A stretch of 64,000 bases of DNA from Okamejei kenojei (Eukaryota), in the NCBI GenBank assembly GCA_035221665.1, contig CM069131.1, positions 27,342,001 to 27,406,000 of the forward strand, given 5' to 3'. The notes under the pieces were generated by a model. That model was given only the letters and a program-made list of their open reading frames with translations, searched no databases and was not told where the DNA came from. This document shows positions 63,035 to 64,000 of this stretch, one piece after another. Made by a program: the position numbers and the translations under genes. Positions within the stretch are counted from its first letter, which is position 1, and every line of letters begins with the position of its first letter.

Positions 63035-63900
63035 TGTTAGAACATAAGAATCTAGAAAATAGCAGGTGTTGGCCATTGGCTCCACCATCCAATTCATCAT
63101 GGCTATTTTTGTTCCAATTTTTCTGTATTAACCCCATATCCCTTGATTCTCTTGCGATCCACAAATCTTTCAATCTCTGTTGTGAATATTCTCAGCGTTA
63201 GAACTGCTACAGCCGTCTTGGTTAGAGAATCTCAAGGGATCAGTACCATTATGAGTGAGGAAAATTTCTTCCCCTTTCTATTCTGATTGGTCAACCATTA
63301 TTTTTATACCTTGACCCGTGTTTTAGATATCACAACCTAGGGAAAAATTGTCCTATAAGATTTATGTATATTTCATTGTGATCCCTCTTGTTCTATTACC
63401 CAGTCTACTTATGTCCTTCTTACAATAAACCTGCCATCTCGGGAATCAATTTGGTTAATCTTTCCTGCACTCTCTTAATTGTATTCTCTCCTGGGGAAGG
63501 AGACGAGATCAGTACACAGTATCCAGAAGTGATCTCACCAGGGCCTTGTATAATTGAAGGAAAGCCTCCACTTTTGTGTTAAAATCCTCTAGTGATAAAT
63601 GTCAAACTGCTTTTTACCTTCCTAATTGCTGGATCTACATGTTAACTTGCAGTGTTTCAATGTACACAGTGTTCTGAGGAACCTGGATGTCCAACACTTC
63701 TAGTTCTCATCATTTAAAAAAATATTAAGTGTTCTCATTTTTTTTTTACCAAAGTGGATGACCTTGTGTTTTTCTTTCCTGTACATTTTACTTCATTTGC
63801 CATGTCATTGCCCATTCACTTAAACTGTTAATCTCTCCATGAACCCCCATTGAATCCTCTTCACAGCTGCTTATCCAGTCAACTGCATGTTGCTGCACAT
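63035..63900 (-). mobile_element. Decayed CR1 LINE 3' fragment
   Basis: agaacataagaa tail, cctgccatctcgggaatcaat and accaaagtggatgacc CR1 RT-region motifs. Older CR1 remnants at ~7320-8060 and ~47020-47420. Confidence 0.7.
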
Positions 63901-64000
63901 GATTGAAACAAAGATTTATTGTCCAGATTATTGGTCTGACTTTATGCCACTTTACAGTTAAGCTGCAGGCATCGTTGTCTATACATCATAAAGTTGTAAG

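Overview
This is an AT-rich, repeat-dense vertebrate window. The repeat families (HE1/V-SINE, HER1-type CR1, Neptune-type Penelope, Rex1) point to a cartilaginous fish, probably a skate or ray (inference). The + strand carries the 5' half of arfaptin-1 (ARFIP1) in four coding exons: 23504-23563, 43030-43138, 53429-53524 and 62136-62248. A possible extra upstream coding exon lies at 2388-2489. The rest is intron or upstream DNA filled with decayed transposons: CR1, Rex1, L2 and RTE fragments, a Ty3/Gypsy pol fragment, a solo-LTR candidate, a full-length dead DD34E Tc1, a non-autonomous Helitron, a Harbinger-type MITE and hAT fossils. The top finding is a ~134-nt TSD-flanked retroposon present twice on the minus strand (38021-38155 and 50393-50525). 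Its first 54 nt fold into a complete minimal HDV/CPEB3-type self-cleaving ribozyme, and ribozyme G1 is exactly the first base of the element. Many Penelope-derived fragments also carry minimal hammerhead cores, several arranged as fold-backs. Coordinates of decayed repeats are approximate, and family names come from recalled motifs rather than database searches.
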